DNA from: Antedon mediterranea | Lineage: Eukaryota; Animalia; Echinodermata | Direction of reading: 5' to 3' | Length of the DNA stretch: 64,000 nucleotides | NCBI RefSeq assembly: GCF_964355755.1 | Contig: NC_092673.1 | Location: forward strand, 13,240,948-13,304,947 | Part shown: one piece after another, positions 13,351 to 26,500 of the stretch | Layout: every line of letters begins with the position of its first letter | How positions within the stretch are numbered: position 1 is the first letter of the stretch | Made by a program: the position numbers and the translations under genes | The notes under the pieces: model-generated | What the model was told of the DNA's origin: nothing | What the model saw: the letters and a program-made list of their open reading frames with translations, nothing else | The model's database searches: none

Positions 13351-13970
13351 ATTACAATTACAATTTTAAACTAATTAAATACTGTAGTTCATTTGTACAT
13401 TAAAAAAATAAATTAACATGTTGAACATACATGTCATACTCTGTTAGGTAGCTAAAAACATGATCTTTTATGTTTGTCAATCTGACAACAGCAACTTCTT
13501 CTAGAGACAATCCTTCGATTGAAGAAGCCCCTTCACATTTCACGATTATGTATTTATGCGTTTAGACCAAATGGTCCTTAATTATGTCCTTTTGCTCAAC
13601 CCGCATGACCCGAACATTATATACAGCACATTGCACTGAATCGGCCTCGTCATAGAGAGGCTGAACACAGCTTTTACAAACAATATGTTGACATGGTGGA
13701 ACAACAGCACATTACAATTACAATTTTAAACTAATTAAATACTGTAGTTCATTTGTACATTAAAAAAATAAATTAACATGTTGAACATACATGTCATACT
13801 CTGTTAGGTAGCTAAAAACATGATCTTTTATGTTTGTCAATCTGACAACAGCAACTTCTTCTAGAGACAATCCTTCGATTGAAGAAGCCCCTTCACATTT
13901 CACGATTATGTATTTATGCGTTTAGACCAAATGGTCCTTAATTATGTCCTTTTGCTCAACCCGCATGACC
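13252..13970. repeat. Apparently perfect tandem duplication, 360-bp period
   Basis: 13252-13610 is repeated at 13612-13970 with a single C between the copies. No differences seen by eye. Confidence 0.95.
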
Positions 13971-14364
13971 TTTTCAGAGGCAAATAACCCAGGACAGAAT
14001 CTAAATGTTAGAGAATAGTATGTTATTTGTTTTGCAAAATCTTTTATTTATGATCAAAAGCTTCAGTATATCAAATTGAGCACTAATTTAATGTGTTAAT
14101 GTTATTGATTATTTATGCTATTATTAATAATTACTAAGCAAATGAATTACAACAATTTGTCATAATTAAAACAATAATATGATTAACATACCTTCGCAAA
14201 TTGCGTTGCTGATTCCAATTAATGTGGCATCCGTTCATTATTGCAATTCAAGGCATTTTGTTTTTTGCATCCATCCGGCTGTTGTGTAGGGCAGACTTCA
14301 GTAAAGTGACTAGGTATTCACAATTTCTCTAACTACACTTTGTATTGTCATAAAGGCGCGTTCT

Positions 14365-15578
14365 TATGAAAGCCCATTAATGCCATTTTAAGTATATGTT
14401 TTTCGAATCAATCCGTTCTAACGAATTAGTAATTTGTAAAAAATGTCCATGGTTAATGTTTACTGCTGAGTTAGAAGGTATAATCAAATTGTGAGTTTCT
14501 AATAAATAAAGAAAAGGCAAAAAAAATGTGGTCAGATATGGGCCGTAAAAATTTAGCAAGGTATAAAATTAACGTTTATATATTGATATTTAGGTAAAGT
14601 AAAATATAACTATTTTTTGATTGCCTAAAAGAGATAAAAAGAGTTATAAAATAAAGAATTCTGTGGTGAATTATACTTACATTGTAAGGATTGAAAAATG
14701 TGCAAGAGTGTATAACATCAAGAGAGCGTACAAAACTTTGCAAGTATGTGGCTGTTGAACTCTCATTTACCAAAATCAGATCTTGGAATTTCATCAATGA
14801 AACAACTTTTTTGGTGTTTGGCCAAAGGTCTTCATACATTTTGAACAAAGATTCCTTTGTGAAGTTATCCTTTAAAGGAGAAAGAGCGGGACGCATAGCA
14901 TCAGCTATAAACATTGGTTTCTGTATTATCTCTTTGTGGCCCAACTCGTTTACTATTCTAAATATGTTTTCTTTTGACACTATCTTTCTGCAATCATGCC
15001 TGATTACAGAGACTTTAAATGTGTCGCCAATTGTCAGTCGGTGAAAAAAATCTTGCCAGAACTGTGTAAGAGCATCTTTAAATACACCACTCCCAGAACC
15101 TGCCTCGATATCTCCGTTTGGTAAAATCATGTGAAAGGCCGAGTGCATATTCATAATGTTTTCATTTGTGAAAACGTTTATCATGTCTTCTATAACAAAG
15201 CTTCTCCGGATAAGAACTACTTCAACAACTTCATTAGGAATTGTATCATCTAAGTGAATTGTGTTATCATCTTAGTTGGGGTGTCTGGTTGCTGAAGACG
15301 AGACTGTGGAGATTGTGGAATTTCAATGTTAGTGGCAATATCAATAAATGGAAAGTCAAACAAATTACTAATCCGCTTGAACGGATTCCTAATTTATTTG
15401 AACAGATTATTAATCTGTTTAAACAAATTAGTATTTCGAAACGGATTAGTAATCCGTTCAAACAAATCACAACATATACTTTAAATGGCACTTGTTGTAT
15501 ATGTTGCAATTCGTTTGAACGGATTACTAATTCTTTAGAACGGATTACGTTTGAAAAAAATATACTTAAAATGGCATT
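14365..15578 (-). mobile_element. Deleted TIR DNA transposon (IS3EU-like terminus) carrying a HECT E3-ligase fragment
   Basis: About 55-bp inverted repeats at 14379-14433 and 15523-15578. Left end TATGAAAGCCC. Palindromic AATCCGTT/AACGGATT subterminal units at 15360-15550. Confidence 0.6.
14715..15235 (-). pseudogene. HECT-domain (G2E3-like) ubiquitin ligase fragment
   Basis: VLIRRSFVIEDMINVF..EAGSGSGVFKDALTQFWQDF..KVSVIRHD..LGHKEIIQKPMFI..YLQSFVRSLD. Confidence 0.65.
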
Positions 15579-16869
15579 GTAGTACAGATGTGTTTTTTAG
15601 TAATTGCACTTTATTGGCACATTGCTTCAACCACAAGTAACCATAAAGGTGATTACATTGAGTTGCTATGCTTGTTAAGGCACATAACTTTGTAACAGAT
15701 GTTGCGTTGGTAAATATTAAACATGTCTTCATTTTCCAAGGAGAAGTTGTTGGTCAATGCCGTGCTCTGTGTTACTTTTTTATTGACAAATTGCCCCCAA
15801 TTTTTCTTTTCATTTTATTTTGTTTTGATCTTGGCCTAGTTAATAAGAGAGATTTAGGAGATAACACGTCAAACATTTGAATGTATGTAGATTGAAAACA
15901 TACGCTGTTTGTTTGACTATGTCCAAGGGAACCTCTTGAATGGCAGCTATTGTTATATGTTCTCTGGATGAATGTTTCCCTTCTCTTCTCGTACATTGAT
16001 AGATAATAATTTTTTAAAAGTTGTACTCTAAATTTGCAACCTTGTACTTTTTGTCTTTTTCCTTTATCTTTTTGCCGCATATAGGCGACATAACTCCAAA
16101 ATTGCATGTTTGTGAAATTCCATAGTTACTGAGGGTGAAAAAATATGAATACAGAATAGTTTGTGAAGCTGCAGTAATATTACACTACAACAACCAAAAT
16201 AATTGTGCTTAAATTGAGGCTTAGGTAATATATATAGGTAAAATATTTCTTACAAAAAACGCTGCTCGACATTTTAAAATTAATCATTGTTCTTTCTTCA
16301 GATATATTTATGATTAATTATTAAAATAATGTCCTTTAATCGCAAAAATACATACAAATCAAAGATAGTTCTTTAATTATGATTCACATGACCATTTAAA
16401 ATTGTCAATTTTAAACTTTAGTGTGCTGTGTGTGTGTGACCTCAACCTGTTGGCATGCAACTGAATACCCTCTAGAGACAACGTGACTTCACGTAAATTC
16501 TTCCCAGTCTGTTGATTCGCGTCGACCAATCAAAGGGCAAGAATCCAAAATCGTTCAACCGTGAGCCCTTATATACTCTCTTTTTCCAGACGTTTTTTGG
16601 GTCCAGCAGCTGGGATCTATAAATTATAGTCAAGTTTACAAAGTCGCAAAACTGTTTCCGTTTTTTAGTTTTTATATTACCTTGTTTTGTTTATTATCTT
16701 CATGAAACACATGTGTGTAAAAACATGGTTCTACAACAATAGACTTCACGAACCTTCGGCGAAAGTACAAGAAGTGAATTCAAAGTTCGCGCGACCTGCG
16801 AGCTCGCGACGTCTGCTATCAAAGTGCGGTAAAAGAAAATTAAGGCCGTGCTAGTTCTTGGAAATTTAA

Positions 16870-17450
16870 CCATTATCGGAAACCGATGTGTCCACTAGAA
16901 CCCGCCACAACAAATACCACAGCATGAATTTATTCTTGTTCTGTCCTGAACAAATGAAAATGATGGATATAACTAATGACAGCATTACTGCCTTTAGCTA
17001 TTGACATTCCTTCGTCAATCAAGTAATTAACTTGCTGGGGAATACTCTAACAAGCTACTCCAAATAAGCCACACTTCCGGGGAAAAAGAAAATACATTGG
17101 GCCAGGTTGCATGAGGTTACAGGGTAATGCATCTGTTGTGCGAAATCAAATAAGTAGTGTATACTTACCTGTCTGCTGCAATGTGGAGTCTTACCTACGT
17201 TTACATTACCACCCACCATCTGTTTTGCATCTGCAATCATCTGGTTGTACATGGTTCTCTCCTGTTGAACCTGCTTCAGATGATCCTCTTGTAATTTAAG
17301 CTTTTGTGCATCGGGTAAATTAGCAGACTTTATGATTAAATTGTTGTCCAGCAGAGGTCTGTCATTGGTTTGGCACGTACGATATGGGGGCACAGCTGAT
17401 TCCAGAGCTTTCTAAAAGTACTGCATTTTGCCTTTCTGCATCCTGGATAT
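16870..17450 (-). pseudogene. Sola (Sola1-like) transposase fragment
   Basis: FDFAQQMHYP..QPGPMYFL.PRKCGLFGV..QVNYLIDEG..KGSNAVISYIHHF..CSGQNKNKF. Confidence 0.7.
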
Positions 17451-18186
17451 CAAAATAATATTTTATATAATAGAAAATTGCAATTTTAATATGATAACAA
17501 GATATTTTGGATCACTAATGTTGGGATGGATCAGTCATTGACTGATATATTTTGCTAAAAATTTGTGTTGCACTTACCTTGACTCTTTCATTTTTGCTCC
17601 AAACACTACTTTTAGTTTCAGTACACGTATCCGCGACTACAGACACAGGTAATATAGGATTACTGCGCGTTCGTGACACGCTTGGCTACGCTCTGTTATG
17701 AAATGTATTTTTTGCCGGAATTTTTGCACGGAATAACCCTATTTAAAGCACTGATTTCACTCCAATTAGATTTCCCGAGATAAAAGTAAGTAACTGAATT
17801 TATTTATTATAACCTATTTTCAAAAATGTGCATGAAAAATGAATTATATTTAATTTAAATCTAAATACCTTACTTAAAAGAAAAATTCCTGATCAGAAAT
17901 TATAAACATTACTTTTCGTATTTCAAGTAAGGTTTATATTAAATTTCAATGCCTACCACTTCAAAATTGCTACGTTAGGAATGTGCAATAATTATATATA
18001 TATTTATTTATTTACGTTTCTTCCGATGTATAATGTGAGTTCATATGCCTATATGATTAACATGTTTAATGGCATATTATGCATTAGACTTTTTTTAGAT
18101 ACAAAATGTTTTTGTTGACATTTATTTTTAACATGGTATAATAGATAACAATTTTTAAAATAATTGCTAAATTTAATTTTACAGAT

Positions 18187-18432
18187 ATGGAAAAACATAA
18201 AACAATCTTAAAAACTCTCTGCATGGTGTGCAGGACAAAAATGAGTAAGGATGATGCATGTGCCAAATTAGTGGAGCAGTACTCTGAACAACTTGGTGTT
18301 GACAGAGATGATATTGATAAAAATATACATCCAACTTCTTTTTGTCATCTCTGCTTCACCAAGTATGTTTCACAGAAAAAAAACTGCTCCACTAAACCCA
18401 TGGCTTCCAAACAAGCGAACTGGAACTTGTGA
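18187..18432 (+). pseudogene. Chapa zinc-finger exon (Chapaev; related to the RAG1 N-terminus)
   Basis: H-x7-CMVC-x~28-D..IHPTSFCHLC matches the Chapa motif and resembles RAG1 IHPTEFCHNC. Preceded by the acceptor TTTTACAG. Confidence 0.7.
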
Positions 18433-18518
18433 GATTTGCAAGTTAATTTTTAACATTGTTGTTTAGATAAAACAATTATATTTATATTTTTATAGTTTGT
18501 AAATTTAATATTGTGTTT

Positions 18519-18560
18519 ATCGACCTAAATTGTTTAATCATCGACCTAAATTGTTTAATC
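18519..18560. repeat. 21-bp tandem duplication
   Basis: ATCGACCTAAATTGTTTAATC x2. Confidence 0.9.
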
Positions 18561-18724
18561 TATTGCGAGAATGCCAATGGGGATATTTCATCAATGAAAA
18601 CGCATCTTGGCTTGAGTGGGTTGAGGACACGGTACGGTTACAGTATGTAATATAAAATAATTAATTACAGTTGCACTGCTTTAAGAGAACAGTATTATTA
18701 ATTTCTTTTTTCAAAAATATTGAA

Positions 18725-19075
18725 ATCCCGCAAAAATCCCGCCCAATATTCCGATCTTTAAACGGGATTCTAATCAGGATTATCGGCAAAACAAACTTGA
18801 TATTTAGCGGGATTTTAGCCGGGATCCGCCAAGAATCAGGATCGGGAACGGGATTTTTTAAAGTGAAGTTTAGACGGGATTTCAGCCGGTATCCGGTCCC
18901 GGTGGGGAAAAATGTTCGGTATTTCCGTTCCCGACCGGGATCATGTCAAGAATCCTGCTCATGAGCGGGATTTTTTTTAGTTATATATAGACGGGATTTT
19001 AGTAGGATTTCAGCCGGGATCCCGTTCCGACGGGATGTATGGATTTCCGCTGTCAACTGGGATCCCGGCAAATGG
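18725..19075. repeat. Cluster of CGGGAT/ATCCCG motifs, probable transposon subterminal repeats
   Basis: More than 10 CGGGAT-type motifs in both orientations in a GC-rich patch. The same motif recurs at 21712-21747. Confidence 0.7.
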
Positions 19076-19206
19076 CCGAGACTTTTAATTGGTTATTATG
19101 AAAGGACTAGATGCAAAAAAAACCAATTCAATTAATTAACAAACAAAAAGTGATCACACTGAAATATCATAAACAAACAAAGTTTATTATCTTTCTTTTT
19201 TTTTTT

Positions 19207-20421
19207 TCAGATTTTATATTTTTTGTTACGAATTGCCCGAATCTTATCATTTAATTTTTTTACTACTTGGTCCCAGACTTTTTCAACTTCTTCGACAAGA
19301 TAGACGTTGAACAGGTAGCCTGAAAATAAAATATAGACAAATTTAGTTTATTTGAATAATAATAACAGCATCACATTAAAAAATATATATATATAAATAT
19401 ATATATACGCCTACGGTGGTACGATATTTTTTATAGAATGTTTGTTTTTATTTTTGTATCATTATTCTATTTCACAATACCATTATTCAGTTGTTTTAGC
19501 AATGTTAAAGTTGACTAACAAAGTTAATTGATTAATAATGTTGATTTTACTAACAATCGTACGTTTCTATTGTAAATAAAAATTAGAACTATATGCTTAT
19601 TAATATTTTTAAATAGTATAATTTAATTTGTAAAAACAATAACATTCAATACTGGCGATGATGATAACTGTCCTGGGATAAACCCAGTTGTTTTTTATGT
19701 GATCTTTTGATGACTTCTTTCATTTTAGCAAATGCATTATATGAACAAAATTTGGGTATGTATTTCATTGCATAACAAACGTACTCACTTTGTAATGCCT
19801 TTCTTTTTGCTTCGTCCATCTGTATGTTTCCCTTCCCGTGACCATAAATTGTTAACTTGTTGTAGCATTGATCTTTAGTAATTACTAATTCAAGTGTGGA
19901 TAACGCCAGTTTTTCAATGTTGTTTGCAAACATTTCGCATCGTTTAAGCGATTCCCTCTCAACCTTAACCCCATACTTGGCGTTACCCAAATATGTCATA
20001 TCTGTTAATAGTAAAAACCAACATTCTCAAGGTTTATAGAGGAACACACAATAAGAAATAATATTGATATTGCCATTGACTGTATCCGCCAACATGCACA
20101 TGTGCTCATAACTTTGAAGACAAGAATGTAAATTGTATAGTGAATTATCTTTGCGCACACATATTATAGATGTAGCGAACTGGATGTAATTTTTTTTTTA
20201 AATACACTTACCATCTAAAGAGTTTTCGTTCTCCATGGCACTTTTGATGAGCAGAAGAGTAGGAGTTGATGGCAGATGAAGAGTAGGAGGTGGTGATGGC
20301 GGAAGAAGAGAAGAAGGAGATTGTTGGGGCAGAAGGGGAGCATGAGGTGGTGGTGGAATTAGAGAGGGTAGGAGGGAAGAGGCGATGTCGGAGGGAAGAG
20401 GCGATGTCGGAGATTTTATGC
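19207..20421 (-). CDS. Spliced BEN-domain protein, 3' three exons (20421-20212, 20001-19789, 19319-19207); probably a transposon accessory gene
   Basis: Canonical, phase-compatible GT-AG introns. Pro-rich linker, then LALSTLELVITKDQC..LTIYGHG..MDEAKRKALQ/SYLF..VWDQVVKKLNDKIR (BEN pattern). Upstream exons probably extend to about 21050. Confidence 0.65.
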
Positions 20422-21121
20422 CTTGAAATAAATAGAAAGAATAAATATAAATTATGTAAAAACTACTCGATCCTTCAGTATTATCCAATTTTGTGAAAAG
20501 AAAGTTGCAGTTAAAAATAAAATAATCAGACCTATGCGGAACCAAGGTTGCAAAGATACAAAGATGCAAAGAATTTTACCGATTATATATAAGTCTCCAG
20601 TTGGGTGCTGTTTGGTGAATTATTATTATTATTATATTTCATAAATTAAATATATAAAACCCCTATACATGGAATGTACCATTTTCCGGAATATAGTTTT
20701 TTTTTGACAGTTTAAATTTAACTATAATATAAATGAATTCTAGAGATATTTCACACATGTTTCTGTAGGCTAGGCGCATATCTCTCTATCCGACGCCGCA
20801 GTGTATATGATGAAGGCACCGTTATTAAAACGTTTGTATACACAATGTTTAGGCTGATACAATCATCGAAATTACGATGTGGTGGTAACATTTTTCCTAT
20901 TAATAATAATGATATTAATAATAATAGATATTAAATAATATTAAATAATAATAATAATAATACTTCATCTCTACACATCTTCTTGTTTTTGTTGCGGATT
21001 TTCTCCAACAACTCCTTGCGTCTTTCCCATGTATGTTCTTTGTCGGAGACCTGAAACTGTTTAAGCCTGTATGTAAATAATTTGACTAGGCCTACATGTA
21101 TATTAATATGGGCTTTGCTAT

Positions 21122-21345
21122 TACCGTATTTATTTGAATAAACGCCCCGCTTTGAATAAACGATGTTAATTATTATAATTTGTCCATATCTAGGAGGTAT
21201 TTATTTGATTACACTATACTTTTGCCATATTACACCCACACAAATAAACTCCTCCCAAACAATAAACTCCCCGGTATTTATTTGATTACACTATACATGT
21301 TCCATTACACCCAAACAAATAAACGCCTCCCACAAATTTTTCGGA
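21122..21345. mobile_element. Tc1/mariner-type terminus with short tandem repeats
   Basis: TA-CCGTATTT start. Repeated GGTATTTATTTGATTACACTATAC and AATAAACGCC units. Confidence 0.4.
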
Positions 21346-22149
21346 GACCCAAAATTGTGTACATACTACATGCTTGAGCAGTCGCAGCCAATCAGCGTTG
21401 AGTAATTTAATGACGTCATTATTTTTTCTGAGTTGAGCCTCTATCCTTTTTCCAAACTAATTGCCAATCAGCGTCGAGCATTTCACTGACTTATTATTAG
21501 TTTTTAAAACTTTTCTCAAAAAACAACTTACCATCACATTTTTGACCAACTTCTCAAATTCTGAGCCGCTTTATATGTCTAAAAATGCTTTTTTCATTGT
21601 TGAGTCTAAATATAAAATAAATATAATGTTGAATACATCAGAATCGTATAAAAGCCAATATATGTCACACTGAAAACATATTTGATTAATTATATTGTTA
21701 AAACTACAATCACGGTCGGGATACCGGTCATCCCGACCGGGATTGCCAAACTAGCTTAAGTATTATTTAATATTATCAAAAAAAAGGAAGAATAGCCTCT
21801 AGGTCTAGCTAGGCTAAGGCCTATTTATTTTAAATCGATAATAAAATATTTTGGTCCATAAACAGAGCATGTAGCCAAGGCTAACCTACATAATAGGCCT
21901 AGTCTGGGGAACTAGAACTCCTACCTCCAGTTCTTCCAATCACACCTTCCTGGATCCCAAATCCAGGGCATCTCGCTTTAACAATAGTGCCGACAGTTAA
22001 TGGCACTTTACTGATGATAGCTGACAGCAGCTAATCGGTGGGATTCAAAACAAATCTCATCGTGATGTCGCTAAATATAAAAAATACAATTTCGAGAAAA
22101 AATCCATAATTTCCATGAATTTATTATTTATGGGGGAGTGAATTATAAA

Positions 22150-22620
22150 AAGGAGACGGGAAGATACTGACGATGGAAACCGGTTAAAGCATAAACAAAC
22201 AAAGAATAACCAAAGAACATGTATTTTCTGTTCAGCGGTTGGAACAAGTAAACTACATGAATGTGCAACTTTGAACATGGACATCAATTTAAGAAAGATT
22301 GTGTGTCATTGAGTCCTTTTGCCAAGATATCTGAAGGCAATGTCATAGCAATAGAAGCCAAGTATCACCTTGAATGTCAACAACTTACAGAAACCTCTAC
22401 AGTCTACAGAAGTTTAAACATTTCTAGTACAACACGTACATGTACTGAGCAAGAAATACTTGAAGCCTAAGCATTTACAGAACTAGTTTTTCATATTGAA
22501 AATTGTGTAGTTACCTTAATACTCGTTTTTAATGAAGTTATGAGAAAGCTGTGGAAGCTCGAGATATTAAGGACGATGTTTTGTCAATGGCAAAGGCTGC
22601 AAAAATTAGAAATGAATACA
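22150..22620 (+). pseudogene. DNA transposon N-terminal fragment (Academ-like)
   Basis: CIFC..LHECAT..AKISEGNVIAIEAKYHLEC..AFTELV. Confidence 0.45.
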
Positions 22621-23309
22621 CTGAACCCCCCCCCCCCCCCTTTTACATTTGAAGTTTCTTGTGTCAATGCTGCTTTACGGACACCACTGTTTCAGTCTAT
22701 GCAATCACGATTAACTAAGTAGGACGCCCTCAGTTTTCAAATCGTGATTTAAGTAAACATGCTTGTTTACCTTTAACTTTAAAATGACCAATGATAGGGG
22801 TTATTCTCGAAAAATAATTTATTATTCATGAGTTATGTTCCAAGGATATTTAAATTTCACGAGAAACCCGTCACATTTTAATAAACGTATTACAAGCATG
22901 GGTTTTTCGGTGGAGAAGGTAGGAGCATATTTTTTCACTGAAATTCAGAAAATTTTCATCTGCAATTTTAATTAAGGACATTAAAATAATCCGAAATAAT
23001 TAAGGGGGCTGGTGTACATCTTGTATGGAATTAACTCTGATATTTTAACGTTAAAAAAAATGCGATGTAGTGTTCTGTAGTTTTCGAGCTATGACATTAT
23101 TTGCATTGCTACCAGGTAGAGGCCCATTTGGGTTTTATGATATAAAATGTACTACTGTACTTGGTAACATTTTATATCATAAAATTAAAACCCTACCACA
23201 ACCTGGCGATACCGGGCGTAGATGACCGACCACACTGATCATTTTAATTCTACATGTATGTTATATATTTTATGTTTATGTACATGTATGACTAACAATT
23301 TCTTACCAA

Positions 23310-26300
23310 ATGTTGTTTTTCTACGCTTTGGCTGCCTGGCCTCATTCTGGATAATTGGAATTGTTCAAGTGAAGCGACTCTTCATTATGGACCGGTTCTT
23401 TTTCACCTTATACACTGACAAACCTTCTACGTTTATTGAAAACCGCATGAATGCCTTCTCCACCCTGCTCTCCTAAGAGGCCCAGACCATAATTCCACCT
23501 GCAGAGTTGTTCTACTACATGGAATTTCAACAAGTGGAGTTTTAGTGAAACCAGAGTGGATACTGATCTGTAAGCCGTCATGAATTTCTTGATCTGATGT
23601 CTGTATATGGTAACAGTTTATTCAATCATTCAGTCCTACATATTGTTGGAAGATCGTAGATTGTATATTATGCGATAAATATTATTTAATAAATTTTTGA
23701 TATAATATTATTATTATTATATTAATAAAAATATATTTGTTAGTATAAATTATAAAAATATAGATATAAGGAAGAAAAGCAAAGAGAATATACTAAAGGA
23801 AATTTAGGCGATCTTGTCAAAGATCAAGCGCCTTCAGCCTTCCACGTTTTGATATTCAATACTTGACCTGACGTGGTTCCACAATATCTTTATATGAAAA
23901 TGGTAGAGTGGATAGAAATATTAATTAATTTAAATTTAAAATGTTTACCTTAAACTGGTTTTGAACTGAATCGGTTGATGTCTTATCGTTGTATGTATGA
24001 TTTGGTTTGGTTTAAATTATGTTCAATAAAAGTGCGTATGCGTATAGAATGAAATGCTCGCGTTACGACGCGTGTAATGTTGTTTATATCGTATAATAGA
24101 TAAAGGATGAAAAATAGAAGGTATGATGGTAGAAAAATAAAAAAGTAGTTTAGGATGTAGAAATAGGAAATCATTTGCCATCAACAAGTTTGATTTTTGC
24201 AATCCCAACTCTGTTTTGCAGTTGACTTTCCCCAAGAACTTTTTTCGGAATAAACTCTTCAATGACTGGGACCTATAAAGAAACAAAAATAGAATTTGTT
24301 GGTAATCCTGATATTTTGTTGTGATTACTTAAAGATGTATTGTCCCCCTGAAAAAATGGGATTGAAAAAAAAATTTATTTACTTGAAAAAATGTAATTTA
24401 AAGCAAAAAATGGTCAAATTGGCTGCAGCCAATGGATGGAAAAATCATGAAGACATGGGTTTTTTTATGTTTTTTTCTCCTACAAAATAACATATTCAAA
24501 GTCTGATTTAATTAATCTTCATTTTTCATGTTTTTTAGGGAACAATACATCTTTAACCTTGAAATAACAAAACTAAACAAAATATACCTGTAGGCCTTTA
24601 TGCACATGGTTGCCATTAAAGGCCATGAAATTGCTGTCTTTGGATTTTGTTTTCCTTAAGATAGTTATCAAGAGCGGTAACAATAGGTCCCGTTTCAAAA
24701 GCTAATTCTGTTGTCATCTGCTGTTTCTATTGGAGGAAAAACTATTCAGTTTTTATGTTTATTAATTTCAATATTGTATTTGATATAAAAATATATATCA
24801 ATAAACCTAAATATTTTGTTATTTTTGTAGTGCAGTATCATACTGTACATACAATATTGACAATAGTTTCATTGGCTTTCATTATTTTCTTTATGTCTTT
24901 ATCAATTTCAGCCCGGCCACCTCCATTGTAAAAGCCTAATGAGAGTTGGTCTTCCATTTCCTCGATTTTTTCTTCTACTTTTTGTTTTTTTCTTTCTTAG
25001 TTCTGTAATAGAATTTTTAAATTGGTAAAGTGTAAAATTATGAAACATAAATGTTGGCATCAAACAAATTACAGGACCCACTACTTGCCTGCTTGTTCTT
25101 CTTTTATTATTTTTCCAAATTCAGATTCTTTGAATCATCGTCGTCATTGGATTCTGCAATCTGTAGTTGCGACTTAAAGATAATGGAGTCAATTTCATGC
25201 GTAGCATTTTATAAAGTTTCTTAAAAACACCCAGTGATATGTGCAATGATGAAACAGATACCTATATAAAATCATAAAGCATTTGTAAATAAAGCTGTCC
25301 TTGTATTCAAATAAAAAAAGTTGGCCAAACAATAAAATCTTACATGGTCAATGGGTATTTCCATCAATGGTGCCATAACAATACACCTTGATGTTTCTTT
25401 AGCCCTCTCTCTTCTCATGCCAACTTTCTATGGGATGTTTTCCTTCTGTGATTTCATCGTTTTTTTTAATGTACAGAATAAGCATTGATAGCGACCTAGA
25501 AAAATGCAATATTTATATTTTTTTTATTATCTTTTTGTGTGTGTTACGGGAGACTGTTTTTTGGTTGGCAATTTGTAAGTAACAATGAAACTCAATTATA
25601 AAACGAGCATTATGTACCTCTATTTAAGCCATTCATCTCTAGTACTGCATGTGACACATTTGGTAAAGTTTCCTGTATGTTGAACATGCAGTCGGGACCT
25701 TCAAATATGAGGACTACAATTACATTTCTTGTAGCATTTGGATTTCGGACATTTAAAATTTGAACCTCAAATTTAGTTGATCGTCCTCCTTGATCACCCC
25801 CAAACTTTAGCCAGATTTTACCATTAAATGTATTAGTACATCACAGCCACTGATCACCAACTGGGCCCTCTGGGAGACCAGTCTTTTGACTGAAGAGGTT
25901 ACCCAGTATAAATATATATTTCAATTCAATTCAATGGATCAAGGTTATTTAGCCTGTGAAAAAAAAATAATGTGCTTTTTTTTTTACTGTTTCCAGATTG
26001 AATGTATGACATTTTCACTAGATGTAATACTTACTCAAGATGCTGTTCCAGATGATTCATGATATGTTAAGCCACACAGTTTGTCAGTTCGTGTGGATTT
26101 TGTCATCACCTTTAACGATGTTGCAATGAATCTATCATCTATAAGTTCACCTTGTCTTTTGCGAATTTAATAAGATGTATAAAACAAGTAAGAAGTTGCC
26201 TAAATCACAGGCACAGAATGAATTCTCAACCACCCGGTATTTGAAATACATACATACGTACCGGTTAATTTTTCTTAACTGCTCCCACGTAATGTTGCAG

Positions 26301-26500
26301 TACAAGGGCTTTATCGGTTGACATTGCTGGTAAATCTTGGCCTGCCTGCCTCAATTCGTCTGGAGATGCATCTTGAATGTTTTATGCGATGGATACTTGA
26401 GTCGTGATTTTGTTGGTCACGCTGGATTTCAGGCGATTTCTTTTTTGAAAGGTTTTTTAGTAACCTCTGAACTTTTAAAGGTTGAATTTGTGATCAGAGC
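23310..26500 (-). pseudogene. Intron-containing Chapaev/RAG1-related transposase core
   Basis: Successive exons: IWLKFGGDQGG..QILNVRNPNA..FEGPD; GRYQCLFC; PLMEIPIDH/LHISLGVFKKLY; GPIVTALD..FNGNHVHK; KLHLLKFHV..WNYGLGLLGEQGGEGIHAVFN. Confidence 0.75.
23690..24200 (-). mobile_element. Possible 3' end of an L2/Crack LINE within the Chapaev relic
   Basis: Stem-loop AGGCG-ATCTTGTCAAAGATC-AAGCGCCT at about 23807-23833 in an AT-rich 3'UTR-like stretch. Weak ORF2 C-terminal resemblance. Confidence 0.3.

Noticed and set aside
15360-15550. Regularly recurring palindromic units resembling a CRISPR array
   Set aside because: Units are degenerate and abut each other without unique spacers. They lie in a TIR arm in a eukaryotic context with no cas genes.
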